Origin: the human T2T-CHM13v2.0 reference genome, Homo sapiens
DNA: 64,000 bases
Direction: 5' to 3' (one strand)
Assembly: GCF_009914755.1 (NCBI RefSeq)
Contig: NC_060931.1
Shown: positions 26,192-39,740 of the stretch, piece by piece
Position numbering within the stretch: position 1 is the stretch's first letter
Layout: each line of letters opens with the position of its first letter
Notes under the pieces: model-generated
Told to the model about the DNA's origin: nothing
Seen by the model: only the letters and a program-made list of their open reading frames with translations
Databases searched by the model: none
Made by a program: the position numbers and the translations under genes

Positions 26192-29100
26192 GTCATTTGT
26201 TCATTTATCAACTGTGTGTTAAGCACTTACAGATGCCAAGCACTATTCTAGGAGCTAGGGCAGGAATCAAACATACATACAAATATTAAAAAAAGGCAAA
26301 TAAACAAACACATAGTGTATCAAACACTGATAACTTACATGGGGGGAATAATAAATGGGGTCAAGGTGAAAGAAAGTGCTAGAGTAGGGGGTTACTCTTT
26401 GATGTAGGTTAATCAGAGACGACATCTCTCCTGGGACCAGCAGAAAGGGCACACTCCAGGGAAGGGAGCAGATGGAAAGCCCTAAGACAGGAGGATGTTT
26501 GAAAGGTTCCAGGAAGCACAAGAAAGGCCAGCAAGACCGGTACAAAGTGGGCAAGGGACAGAGAGGCAGGAGATGGGGCCACAGAAGAAGCAGAGGCCAG
26601 ATGACGCTGGGTCTTGCAGGCCACTGTAAGAACTGTAGCTAGTACTCGGAATAAAACACGAACACCCGTAGATGCTATAAAGAGGTCAGACTGCCGAGAG
26701 TCAGGAGCGAACACAGGAAGTCCAATTAAGAGACTACTGCAGCAATCCAGACAAAGACAATCATGGTTTGTACCATGTTGTACGTGGTGGAGATGGTGAG
26801 AAGTAATCAGACTCTGAATATATTTTAAGGAAGAGCTGATAGAATTTGCTGATGGATTGGCTTTGGAGTGTAAGGAAAACAGAGGAGTCAAGGATGTCTG
26901 CAACGATTTTGACCTAAGCAACTGGTAGTATGAAGTTCCCCATTGATCGAGGTAAGGAAGACAGTGAGAAGAGAAGGTTTGTGCACGTTTTGTTCTTAAC
27001 ATGTTAGTTTTAGACACGTCATGTTTGCAAGATCACTAAATGTTTAACAGGAAATGTTGAGGAAGCAATTGGATAATCAGGTTTTGGAAAAAGGTCCGTG
27101 CTGGAGATATAAACTTGCAAGTTCATCAGTGTACTGCTGGTATGTAAAGCCAGAGGCCTGGGTAAGATTACTTTGAGAGCGAGCCTGGATGAAACAGAGG
27201 TTCAAGTACTGGACCCTGGAGCACCCCAACTTTAAGGATTTCTGAGGAGGAAGAGAAATTGGCCTACGAGATTAAGAAGAGGGCTCAGTGAGGGAGGAAA
27301 AGGGGGCTCCTAGAAGAAAAAGTAAATCAAGTGTTTCAAGGAGAGAATGATTAACTGTGTCAACCAGTTTGGGTAGGTCAAGTAAAAAGAAATTTGAGAA
27401 TTAACCATTGGAGTTTTCACCTGGAAATAAGTAGTGACCTTGACAAGAGCTTCAGTGGAGCGGGAGCGATGAATTGGAGTGATCAAAGTGGATTCAAAAA
27501 GAAATAAAAGAAGAATTGGAGACATCAAGAATAGACAATTCTTTTCTGGCATTTTTCTCTGAAAGGAAGCCAACAAATGGCATAATAGCTAGAGGGGAGG
27601 TTGGGTCGAGAGAGGTTTGTTTTTTAAGATGAAAACAGAAACTTCCTATTTATATCTTAGCGGTAGAGATCCCGTAGAGGGAGGAAATTGATGAAACAAA
27701 TCAGGGATGTTCTTGAATAGGCAAGAGGCATGGATGCACTGAAGCAGTGGGGGTTTTCTCTAGAGAGCAGCTCAGCATTGTCATCCACAGGAACCGAACA
27801 CAGACATAGTTGCTGCAGGTGAGTATTGCAGCAATGAAAGGGCATGGAAGTTTTCTTCTGATGGATTCTCTATTCTCTTTTTTTTTTTTTTTATTTCCAT
27901 AGGTTATTGGGGAACAGGTGGTGTTTGGTTACATGAGTAAATTCTTTAGTGGTGATTTGTGAGATTTTGGTGCTCCCATCACCTAAGCAGTATACACTGC
28001 ACCCAATTTGTGGTCTTTTATCCCTCACCCCTTTTCCACCCTTTCCTCCTGAGTCCCCACAGTCCATTGTATCATTCTTATGCCTATGGATCCTCATAGC
28101 TTAGCTTCCACTTATGAGCGAGAACATACCATGTTTGCTTTTCCATTCCTGAGTTACTTTACTTAGAATAATAGCCTCCAGTTTCATCCAGGTCACTGCA
28201 AATGCCATTAATTCTTTCCTTTTTATGGCTGAGTAGTATTCCATCATATATATATAACCACAGTTTCTTTATCCACTCGTTGATTGACGGGTATTTGGGG
28301 TGGTTCCACGTTTATGCAATCACGAATTGTGCTACCATAAACATGCGTGTGCAAGTATCTTTTCCGTGTAATGACTTCTTTTCCTCTGGGTAGATACCCA
28401 GTAGTGGGACTGCTGGATCAAATGGTAGTTCTACTTTTAGTTCTTTAAGGAATCTCTACACTGTTTTCCATAGTGGTTGTACTGGTTTACATTCCTACCA
28501 GCAGTGTGGAAGTGTTCCCTGTTAACCACACCCATGCCAACATCTATTTTTTTTCTTATTTTTTGATTGTGGCCATTCTTGCAGGAGTAAGGTGGTATCA
28601 CACTGTGGTTTTGATTTGCATTTCCTTGATCATTAATGATGTTAAGCATTTTTTCATATGTTTGTTGGCCATTTGTATATCTTCTTTTGAGAATTGTCTA
28701 TTCATGCCCTTAGCCCAAATCTGGAGGCATCACATTACCTGATTTCAAACTCTACTATAAGGCCATCGTTGCCAAAACAGCATGGTACTGGTATAAAAAC
28801 AGGCACATAGACCAATGGAACTGAATAGAGAACTTGGAAATAAACCCAAATACTTACTTACAGCCAAGTGATCTTTGATAAAGCAAACAAAAACATAAAG
28901 TGGGGAAGGGTCCCCTATTCAACAAATGGTGCTGGGATAATTGGCTAGCCACATGCAGGAGAATGAAACTGGATCCTCATCTCTCACCTTATGCAAAAAT
29001 CAACTCAAGATGGATTAAGGACTTAAATCTAAGACCTAAAACTACAAAAATTCTAGTAGATAACATTGCAAAAACCCTTCTAGACTTAGGCAAGGATTTC

Positions 29101-30640
29101 ATGACCAAGAACCCAAAAGCAAATGCAATAAAAACAAAGATAAATAGCTGGGACTTAATTAAACTAAAGAGCTTTTGCATGGCAAAAGGAACAATCATCA
29201 GAGTAAACAGACAACCCAGAGAGTGGGAGAAAAATCTTCACAATCCATACATCTGACAAAGGACTAATATCCAGAATCTACAATGCACTCAAACAAATTA
29301 GCAAGAAAAAAACAATCCCATCAAAAAGTAGATTATCTATTCTCAATGGAATAAGAAGCCAGGTCAATGGCTAAGAGTGAGAATGAGAAAGGAGGTGCTA
29401 GAGGTCTGAAGAGAAGCAAGAAGATGTGAAACAGTCCTTCTAGGTGTGTGGGTAAAATGTCCTAGGATTGCTGGGTGGTGTCAGGGTGTGTCTACTTGAG
29501 GTTAATGGTTATGTATCTGAAGTCAGGTTGATCAGCACAGTTATAGGTTTTTCTCCAGCCACATTCAGCTGTGTAGGTGCAGGCACAGAGCAGGTGCAAA
29601 GTTGAACAATGAAATGTTAAGCTGGGTAAAGAAGGAAGAACTCTAGGGGATGGGATGCTTATGGGGCAATAGAAAGGTGGTGGGATTTAAGTGTTATAAA
29701 TTCCAGTGGGGTTAAAGAATTGTTTAACCAGTAACAAACTCCAGTTGTTTCACCATTGGAGTTTGAAGTAGTCACAGGAATGAGCTGGAAACAGGCAGGA
29801 AAGGCCAGAGAGTGGAATACTTGTACCTGAGACAAGGGAAAGGGTGTGGTCATTGACAATACCAGAGCATGACCTTGGGAGATACGGCTGAGGTAGAGCA
29901 AAGGACATCCTCCCTGAGGAGAGAAGGGCAAAGAACTGGGAGACCACAGTATTGGAAGGAGATAAATATCACAAACACACACACACAGATGCACACACAC
30001 TCTTCCCCCAGCAGTCATAATTCCACAAGGCATGACAGAGAGCCAGGAGCAAAGGCTTCAAGGAATGAGGTGGGGTGACAAGGACTTTAAGGGTAACAAA
30101 GGGTAGCAAGTGGTATAGTCCCTGGGTATGAGCTTCTAAACTGTGGTCTTCAAGGAGATGGGAGAATGGTCTGAGAGCAGCAACGACCAGCAAGCAAGAT
30201 CCCCTCCTACCCAGGCCCAGAGACACTAGGAGCGGGTAGGGAACAGCCACCACCTGTGAGGTCTTTAGGAAAGCAGCGTCCTCGGGACAGCCAGACTTCT
30301 GCTGGGGCAAAAAGGTGTGGGGCATAGTCTGAGAAGATATTGAGGAGTTGGGCAACTTGGCTAGTGAAGGACCAGGAATTCCAGAGAGCCCAGAGGGAGG
30401 TCTCAGGAGTTGGGGAGTCAGGGGAGGAGATGGAGTGTGCAGATGCCATATGGGAAAAGATGTGCGGATGGAGCTGGGATTCTTGGGCTTCTTGAGGTGA
30501 CCAGCACAAACAGGGATACAAGATGTCAGGGCTTACTTCCGGTGGCCTCCAGGGTAGACTGTGGTGCCAGCTTTGAGAACCAGAGGAGAGAGGAGGGGTG
30601 AGTTTTTCAGGAATACAAAAAGTTTTGGGGCTCATCTTTA
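26192..30640 (-). mobile_element. Long L2 (L2a-like) copy interrupted by an L1
   Basis: Antisense L2 3' end (tcatttgttcatttatcaac...gcactattctagg). Minus-strand ORF 26409..27017 contains LDCCSSLLIGLP, similar to the L2/CR1 ORF2 motif LDYCNSLLxGLP. Purine-rich L2-like sequence resumes after 29345; the far boundary is approximate. Confidence 0.7.
27878..29330 (-). mobile_element. L1PB-like element with 5' inversion (twin priming)
   Basis: Poly-T and antisense 3'UTR/ORF2 end at 27878-28717; sense ORF2 segment at 28718-29329 ([21 protein letters not shown]...). TSD gatt(c/a)tctattctc at 27864-27877 and 29331-29344. Confidence 0.9.
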
Positions 30641-32965
30641 CAAAGATAGAGGGGGAGACCTGAAGAGGGGCAATATTTTGAGAATCACAAGAAAGCTTTG
30701 GGGTCCTTTTCACCCATGGCAAACACTATTCACCACAAGTCATTTATCCAAAAAAATTGATGAATTAATCTTCATTAATTTAACCATTACCAGTAACAGT
30801 AGTTTGGGAATTATTTCCTTTCCTCGTCTCAGTCAAAATATTCATATATATTTAAATTTGAACCTTTAATTTTAAATTTAAACGTTCAAATATACAATGA
30901 TCTTGGGAAGCCATTTGTCCGATAGCCACCACCCATGCTGTGAAAATAAACACAATTTTAAAATCTGTGAATAAACATATTTTAAAAGACACAGAATGGA
31001 AGAATATCAGAATAGCACAGGAAAACCTTGGCTATCCATCACCCTCAAACAAGTAAGTTTCTCTTGATAGATGAGTTTTCCCAGAAGAGGTAAGGGTTAA
31101 ACCTTTTAGTACTAGCACTATAAAAGGTGTAAAATGTAAATCTTTTAAAAGCATTTTGCCCCCATCCCCTGCCTTCTTAAACAGAGTATCATAGTAATAA
31201 AAATCTTCTATTTGTATCTTGCCTGTGGTTTATATGGTACTGTCACAAACATGATCTCATACAGGCATACCTCGTTGTATTGCACTTTGCTTTATTGCTC
31301 TTTGCAAGTAGGGCAGTTTTTACAAATTGAAGGTTTGTGGCAACCCTGCATCTAGCATGTCTATCGGCACCATTTATCCAACAGCACGTGCTCACTTTGT
31401 GTCTCTGTGTCACATTTTGGTAATTCTTACAATATTACAAGTTTATTCATTATTATGAGATCTTCTATGGTGATCTGTGGGCAGTGATCTTTGATGTTAC
31501 TATTGTAATTGTTTTGGGGTGCTACGTATCATACCCATAAAAGGTGGCAAATTTAATCGATAAATGTTGTGTGTATTCTGACTGCTCCACCAGTGAACCA
31601 TTTCCCTGTCTCTCCCCTTCTCTTCAGGCCTCTCTATTCCCTGAGGCACTACAATGTTGAAATTAGACCAATTAATAACCCTACAATGACCTCCAAGTTT
31701 AAGTGAAAGGAAGAGTTGCATGTCTCTCACTTTTTAAATCGAAAGCTAGAAATGACTAAGTTTGGTGGGAAAGGCATTCAAAAATCAAGAAAGGCAGAAA
31801 ACTAGGCCTCTTGTACCAGTTAGCCAAGTTGTGAATGCAAAGAAAAAGTTCTTGAAGGAAATTAAAAGTAAAGTGAAGCAGCCTTATTGCTGATATGGAT
31901 AAAGTTTGAGTGGTCTGGATCGATCAAACCAGCCACAACACTCCCTTATGCCAAAGCTTAATCCAAACCAAGGCCCTCTCTTCAATTGTATGAAGGCTGA
32001 GAGAGATGAGGAAGCTGCAGAAGAAAAGTTGGAAGCTAGCAGAGGTTGGTCCATGAGACTTAAGGAAAGAAGCCATCTCCATAATGTAAAAGTCAAGGCG
32101 AAGCAGCAAGTGCTGATGTAGAAGCTGCAGCAAGTTTTTCAGAAAATCTAGCTAAGATCATTGATGAAGGTGGCTACACTAAACAGATTTTCAATGTAGA
32201 TGAAACAGCTTTCTATTGGAAGAAGATACCATCTAAGGCTTTCATAGCTAGAAAATTCAATGCCTGACTTCAAGCTTCAAAAGACAGGCTGACTCTCCTA
32301 TTAGGGGCTAATGAAGCTGATGACTTCTAAGTTAAAGCCAGTGCTCATTTACCATTCCTAGGGTAAAATCCTAGGGCCCTTAAGAATGATGCTAAATCAA
32401 CTCTACCTGTGCTTTGTAAATGAAACAACAAAGCCTGGATGACAGCTCATCTGGAATGAGGTGAAAATAACAACACTAAGGGGAGTTTGAAAGAAGTTGA
32501 TTCCAACCTTCATGAATGACTTTGTGGGGTTCAAGACTTCAGTGAAGGAAGGAACTGAAGGTGGGGTGGAAATATAATAGCAAGAGAACTAGAATTAGAA
32601 GTGAAGCCTAAAGATGTGACAGAATCTCATGTGACTGCAATCTCATGAGAAAATTTTAAAGGATGAGGAGTTGTTTCTCAAGGATAAGTGAAGAAAGTGG
32701 TTCCTTGAGATGGAATCTACTCCTGGTGAACTACTGTGAACATTGCTGAAGTGACAACAAAGGATTTAGAATGCTACATAAACTGCTGGTTGCTAAGACA
32801 GCAGCAGGGTTTGAGAGAAGTTCTACTGTGGGTAAAATTAAAAATTTCCACAGCCAGCCCAACCTCCAGCAACCACCACCTCTGTCAGTCAGCAGCCATC
32901 AACATCGAGGCAAGACCCTCCATCAGCAAAAAGATAAACTCACTGAAGGCTCAGTGATTGTTAGC

Positions 32966-33296
<331 letters not shown>

Positions 33297-33310
33297 TAAC
33301 AATAAAGTAT

Positions 33311-33594
33311 TTTTTTCAGAGATGTGGTCTTGCTCTGTCATCCAGGCTGGGATGCAGTGGTGTGATCATAGTTCACTACAGCCTCGACCTCCCAGGCTCA
33401 AGTGATCCTCCCACCTCAACCTCCCAAGTAGCTAGGACTACAGACACACACCACCACTCGCAGCATTTTTTTTTTTTTTTGGTGGGGGTGGTTAGAGGCA
33501 GGGTCTCACTATGTTGCCCAGGCTGGCGTCAAACTCCTGGGCTCAAGCAATACTCCTGTCTCAGCATCCCAAAGTACTGCCACCGCACCCAGCC
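33311..33594 (-). mobile_element. AluJ inside Tigger1
   Basis: Antisense Alu with J features; TSD taaagtatttt on both sides. Confidence 0.85.
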
Positions 33595-34246
33595 TAAAGT
33601 ATTTTTATACATTAGACATAATGCTGTTGAACACTTCATAGACTGAGTGCAAACATAACTTTCATACTCACTAGTAAACCAAAAAACATGTGACTTGCTT
33701 TATTGCAATATTGACTTTATTGTGGTAGTCGGGAACCTAACCCATAATATCTCCGAGGTATGCCTGCATTATCCTCCAACAACCTGGTAAAGTAGACACT
33801 TCACAGATTTGACAGATTGATGAGATTTCCCAGTGTAAATGAAAGGAAACCTAAGTGCAACTTCCTGATGACTTGGGGTCATTTTTACTGATACAGATTA
33901 TTAGGATGTTTCCAGAAAGCAAGACTAACGTGCAACATAAGAGAACATAGTAAAGGATAAACGGTGTAGGAAGACAGCAGTTGCTCTCAAAGACCCAAAG
34001 AGGAGCCAACTGAGAACTGAAAGTGTCCAAGAGGACTTCCTTGAGGTTGTGGAACTTGAGCAGGGCTCTGAAGCTCTAGTATAATTTAGAAGGACAGGAA
34101 GAGCCAGAGGAAGACATTGGTGCGTGTGCTCCTGGATGTCTGAATCAGTAGTAGTTATTCAATTGGATAATTTCTCTTTTGCTGCAAATGGGTACCACTG
34201 CTTTGGCCAACTATGCCCCCTCCCCACCTCTGCCTAAATTAATTCC

Positions 34247-34626
34247 TGCAATGGCTAATTTATGTGTCAACTTGATTGGGCCACGTTGCCCACATAGCTC
34301 AAGTGTTATTCTGGGTGTTTTGGATAAAATTAACATTTAAATTGGTGGACTGTGAGTAAAGTAGATTGCCTCATAGAACAGAAGACTGACCTTTCCCAAG
34401 CAAAAGGGAATCCTGCAGCAGATGACCTTTGAACTTGAACTTCAACATGGGCTCTTCCTGGGTCTCCACCCTGTAGGCTCAACCTGCAGATTTTGAATTG
34501 CCAGACTCCAAAATCTTGTGAGCCAATTCCTTAAAATAAATACATCTCCTTCTCAATATGTAGGTAGACAGACAGACAGAGATATCTCCTATTAGTTCTG
34601 CTTCTCTGGAGAACCCTAACTAGTAC
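34247..34626 (+). mobile_element. MLT2 solo LTR (ERVL)
   Basis: tgcaatggctaatttatgtgtcaacttgattgggc ... tctcctattagttctgcttctctggagaaccctaactagtac. Confidence 0.85.
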
Positions 34627-34667
34627 CATCCCTTTCTCATAGATTATATGAATTTCCAGAAAGATGA

Positions 34668-35095
<428 letters not shown>

Positions 35096-35500
35096 GAGAA
35101 TGGTTCTTAAAGTTCAGTCTGGGGGCTCGGAGCACTAACGGCCAGTCCTCTCTCCTCCTCCCTCCATCCTTTACCCCTGACTGCTCTAACAGTCACTGGC
35201 TATTGATCAAGTCCACTGGCTATTCTGTCACTTCTACAGATGTCCCCTTGAGCCAGCTTTGTGGCTTTCCCCAATACCACCCAAGAGGAGTCATGCTGGA
35301 CACACTGTGGTTACCCTCTGTCATTTGACTCCACTGATGATTCTGCCCAACACCCACTCAAGGTAGACAATTAGTTAATCAAAGTAATTAACTAGTTTAC
35401 GTTCAACCACGGGCTCATTGCTATAGCGCAGGAGCCAGCAGACATATTATGTAAAGGACCAGATTGTATGTATCTTAGGCTTTGCAAGTTAAGGATATTC

Positions 35501-35837
35501 TTTTTGTTTGCCTGTTTGTTTTTTGTGTGTGTTTTGTTTTCTTCTTTTTCAAGACAGGATCTTGCTCTGTCACCCAGGCTGGAGTGCAGTGATGCAATCA
35601 TGGCTCACTTCAGCCTCCAAATTCTGGGCTCAAGCAATCCTCCTGCTTCAGCCTCCCTCCCAAGTAGCTAGGACTATAGGCACGCACTACCATGCCTGCT
35701 AATTTTTTAAAATTTTTTGTAGGAATGGGGTATCCCTATGTTGCCCAACCTTGTCTCAATCTCCTGGTCTGAAGCAGTCCTCTGGCTTTAGCCTCCCAAA
35801 GTGCTAGAATTACAGGCTTGAGCCACTGCACCTGGCC
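35501..35837 (-). mobile_element. AluJ
   Basis: Antisense Alu; TSD aaggatattcttt on both sides. Confidence 0.88.
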
Positions 35838-35982
35838 AAGGATATTCTTTATGTACTTATATAAAGAGAGAAAACAAATTTCCACAAAATTTTTATTGAT
35901 GAAACTCATAATAATAGGAATTGAGTAGAATTTTTATAATACAGATTTACTAATGAGAAGAATGGAATTCTTTTGGGGGACA

Positions 35983-36340
35983 TGTATTAGTCAGCGTTCT
36001 CCAGAGAAAAAGGATCAATAGAATATATCTATCTATACAATTCCTTATAATGGAGGCTCTCAAGTCCAAAATCTGCAGAGCTGATATACCAGATAGAGTC
36101 TGAAGGTGAGCAGGCAGAAGAATTCTCTCTGGCTAGGGGGAAGGTCAGTCTTTTGTTCTGCACAAGCCTTCAACTGATTGGATGAGGCCCACCCACATAC
36201 TGAAGAGTAATCAGCTTTATTCAGTCTACCAACTTAAATGTTCACCTCATCCAAGCATGGAAACACCCAGAATAATATTTGATCACACATCTAAGCACCC
36301 TGTGGCCCTGTCAAGTTGACACATAAAATTAACGATCACC
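35983..36340 (-). mobile_element. MLT2 solo LTR (ERVL)
   Basis: tgtattagtcagcgttctccagagaaa ... gtcaagttgacacataaaattaacgatcac. Confidence 0.85.
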
Positions 36341-36587
36341 AGGGGATAATGTATCACATCATTAGAGTACAAACTTAGTGCTTCTCATTATCAAATCAAT
36401 TGTAAATGTTCATCGATAAAAATCATTCTTAGCTTATGGGCCATACCAAAACAGGCTATGGGCCAGATTCGGCCCATGAGCAGTAGTTTGCTTACCCTTG
36501 CTACTGAGTAATAGTAAGGATAATAATAATAATAATAATGCCCCCTAAAAATAAAGATATTTAAAAAATTAAAATATAATAAGAGGC

Positions 36588-36825
36588 AAGATGTATAGTT
36601 AGGAGAGCAGACTGAAGCCTGACTGCTTGGGTTTGAATTCTGACTCTCATTTAGTAGCTGTGTGATCTTAGGCAAGTTGCTTAGCCCTTTTATGCCTTCA
36701 TTTCCTTCTTTTAAAAATGCAGATTAAAGTGTCAGCGTCATAGATTTGCTATCAATCAGGATTAAATTAGTATTTGTAAAGTTCTTAGAACAATGCCTGA
36801 CGCATAGTGAGTGCTATATAAGTAC
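36588..36825 (+). mobile_element. MIR
   Basis: tgggtttgaattctgactctcatttagtagctgtgtgatcttaggcaagttgcttagc...cttagaacaatgcctgacgcatagtgagtgct. Confidence 0.8.
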
Positions 36826-39554
36826 TAGATATGACCATAGTAGCAGTGACGTTGATGACAGAAGGTGAAGGAAGAGAGGGGTACAAAGAAGATGGGAGAT
36901 AAGTTCTGATAATGTTGGGACGCTGAGCGGTTTCCACAGATTGTAAGTGCTAGAAGATCGACTGATTGACCTACGAGGCTGACCAATGCTATGAGCAACT
37001 CAAATATGATAATTAGTATGCCAAGAGCCAACAGTCATGTTCCTGTTCTGTAGCCCAGCAATCAAAATCATAAATGTTTCTTTTGCTCTGAAGATCCTGC
37101 ACCCAAGGAGGAGTATGGACTAAGGGAGAAAGGTGGATGGAAGAATTTGGTACTTCACTTCAGAAATGATTCAGAACCAAGCACACAGAAAGTGGAGAAC
37201 TGCCTACCTAGTCTAGCTAACTGTATGCATTTACTGGAGAAGCAATAATTTTACAAAGAGGCTGGGAACTGGTCTCCTTATTGAATAAAGAATAAGCTCC
37301 CAGATTTACATTCATTGATTTTCTACCCAGTTGCTATCTATGTTCATCATGTTGAATTTCTTCTCAGTATCCAAAAATCAAGGTGTTGAGAGAGCAAAGG
37401 TATCTGTATCTGTGTCCTCTATAATGCCCATACTCTTTGTAAATATAGGCAACTTTTCATAGATCTTAACTCTTAATTATATTCATTCCAAAAAGAAGTT
37501 TTTTTTCAAAGAAATAATGGATTTTGAAAAATAAAAAGATCTGGCCTTATTGCTTTGATAAAGATTTGCCACCTGTGACCCTTTAAATATTGAACTTGGA
37601 CTATAAAAATATCACTTCTTATTGATCACATGGTTATTAAAGTCAGTCAAATGCTGAACTTATATGTCAAACACTTGTAATATTTCCTGTAAATATTGGG
37701 GCAAAGGGAGATGATGATAATGCCACTGTGAAAAGTCGCATTAGATTTGTTCAACTTTACGTCACTGAGAAATAATACAGCTGTCATCAAGAATTTCATT
37801 ATACATGCCAAGCACTTGTCAAAAACTGCTGCACATCATTTATGCATGTATATGTGTCTGTGTATGAGCCCAGAGAACGTACACAAGCTTGTGGCATGGA
37901 GGAGAATGGAATAAAAAGCAATCTGTGTACCTAACCACCTGCACTGGACCTGTACAGTATAGCTTCTGACAGCAGCTAGGATTATGTGGGCAGCCCCTGC
38001 ACACAAACACATTTGGGTTCGCCTTTTCTTGAACTCCAATCTACCGTGAGATACTGACAGCTTTCTGGGTCTGGAGGAAAGCCTGGGAACTCAAGTCAAC
38101 AAATTCTAATTACAGGTTTAAGGCAGATTCTTAAAGCCCCCCACATTCTTAAAATCCCCATCTAAAGATATTCAAGAATGCTTTTAGGGAGAAGTCAGCA
38201 TAGAGATCCAGAGATTTCTAGTTTCCCCACAAGACACCTTTCCATATAAGCAAATGTTTTCAAATGAGTAGCAGAAAGGAACCGTCAGTCAACCACGGGG
38301 GAGTCTTCACCAGGACTCTTGGATTGAGTGGAGGAGTGGGGAGGCATTTCTAATGGCATTTTGATGTACATGCACAAAATTGATGTCGGAAGGATCATTG
38401 TAAAGTCCCAAACAGCGGAATATTGAGGACATTTTCAGGTGGCAGTCAGATTCTGGCTGGGTGAACCCAGTATATTTTCTCATGTCACAGTTGATTAGGT
38501 TCACAGGGAAGTGGAAAGAGTAAAAAATTCTCTTATTACTGCAGCAATGCCGTCTCAGCCTCTTTTCCCTTTGAATGCAACATTAGTTTTTGTCCAGAAG
38601 TCTAACTGCTTTCTACAGTTTGGGGAATTGTAAAGCAGAAACAATTTTCCCAGCCAGGCTGACCTTCACAGTAATGAGAAATGACTGGAATTTCTCTCTA
38701 TTTCTCTAACATTTGGGGAGGTTTTGGGAGGGGGCTGGCGGGAAGATGAAGGAATATGCTTGTTTTACCTGATATTATGTTGTGGGCATCCATTTGGCAC
38801 TTTGAGCCTAATTTTTTTCCATTCAGGGGATTACATGGACTGTTGCACCATATGACCCGGGAGCGAGACCACAAGTGTATTGAGAAACGACAGTAATGCA
38901 CTTTAAACCTTTTGTTATCACAACAGAGATGGCATTTTGTTTCAGCCATTAAATGAATAAATATTTTTCTCCTAGGGATGGCTATTTTCATTTACTCTCC
39001 AGCTCTTATTCAGGTGATGACCAGTGGGACTGGGAAATTCCACCTTCATTCAGGTCATGCCGCCCAGTCCCTGAAGCCGTGGGAGTCCTCCCAGCCCCCC
39101 AACCTTCCACGGAGGCACCCCCAGAGCCAGCCATGCAGTCCTCTTTTGCGGTCCCTTCTTCCTGGCTTACTGCTCACCACTCACCTTTCCCTTTGCTGGG
39201 ACACAGGGACTCGATGGCCAAGACCAATGCTTCCTCCTTGATTTTTTTTTTTTCAAATATTTAAGATTCCTATTTAAAGCTGCAGCAGTGTGGAAACTCC
39301 TGGGAGGGGAGGCAGAAGATAAACTTTAACACAGTCCCCACAGGAGAAGCAGTTAGCCCTAAAGGAGACATTTAGCCCCAAGAGACATACCCAGAGCTGT
39401 CCTGTGACTAAGTGTTCAGGTTGGCAGTCAATAGCAGGAGATGCTTTGGCAGAAAGAGCAATTTGGGGGTGGAGTTTTTTGTTGTTGTTGTTGTTTCTCT
39501 CTGCTCCCAAACCCCATCCCTGCCCCTTTCAAGTAGGCAGTAGGGGATCATGAC

Positions 39555-39740
39555 TATATTGAATTCAAATCCCACTCTGCCATTCACTAGCTGGGTGACC
39601 TTGGGCAAGCTACTTAAATTCTCAAAACCTCAGTTTCCTCATCTATAAAATGGGGCTATAATAGTACCTATTTCACTAACCTTTTTTTATTTGAAGGAAA
39701 AAAATCCCACTTAGCACAATGCTGTTGGGTGCTTTCAATA
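39555..39740 (+). mobile_element. MIR
   Basis: ttcaaatcccactctgccattcactagctgggtgaccttgggcaagctacttaa...cctcagtttcctcatctataaaatgggg. Confidence 0.85.

Larger units (their letters stand above)
35428..36500. mobile_element. MER58B-like hAT-Charlie element split by an AluJ and an MLT2
   Basis: tgtaaaggaccagattgtatgtatcttaggctttgc at the left; gggccagattcggcccatgagcagtagtttgcttacccttg at the right. Confidence 0.65.

Noticed and set aside
28900-29256. 118-aa ORF resembling a real protein
   Set aside because: Decayed L1 ORF2 fragment within the inverted L1; not a host gene.
29659-30722. Cluster of 120-170-aa minus-strand ORFs
   Set aside because: They lie in pyrimidine-rich old L2 sequence, where stop-poor composition explains their length.
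31884-32133. Transposase-like ORFs, possibly a TIGD-like domesticated gene
   Set aside because: Tigger1 remnant with many stops, frameshifts and internal deletions.
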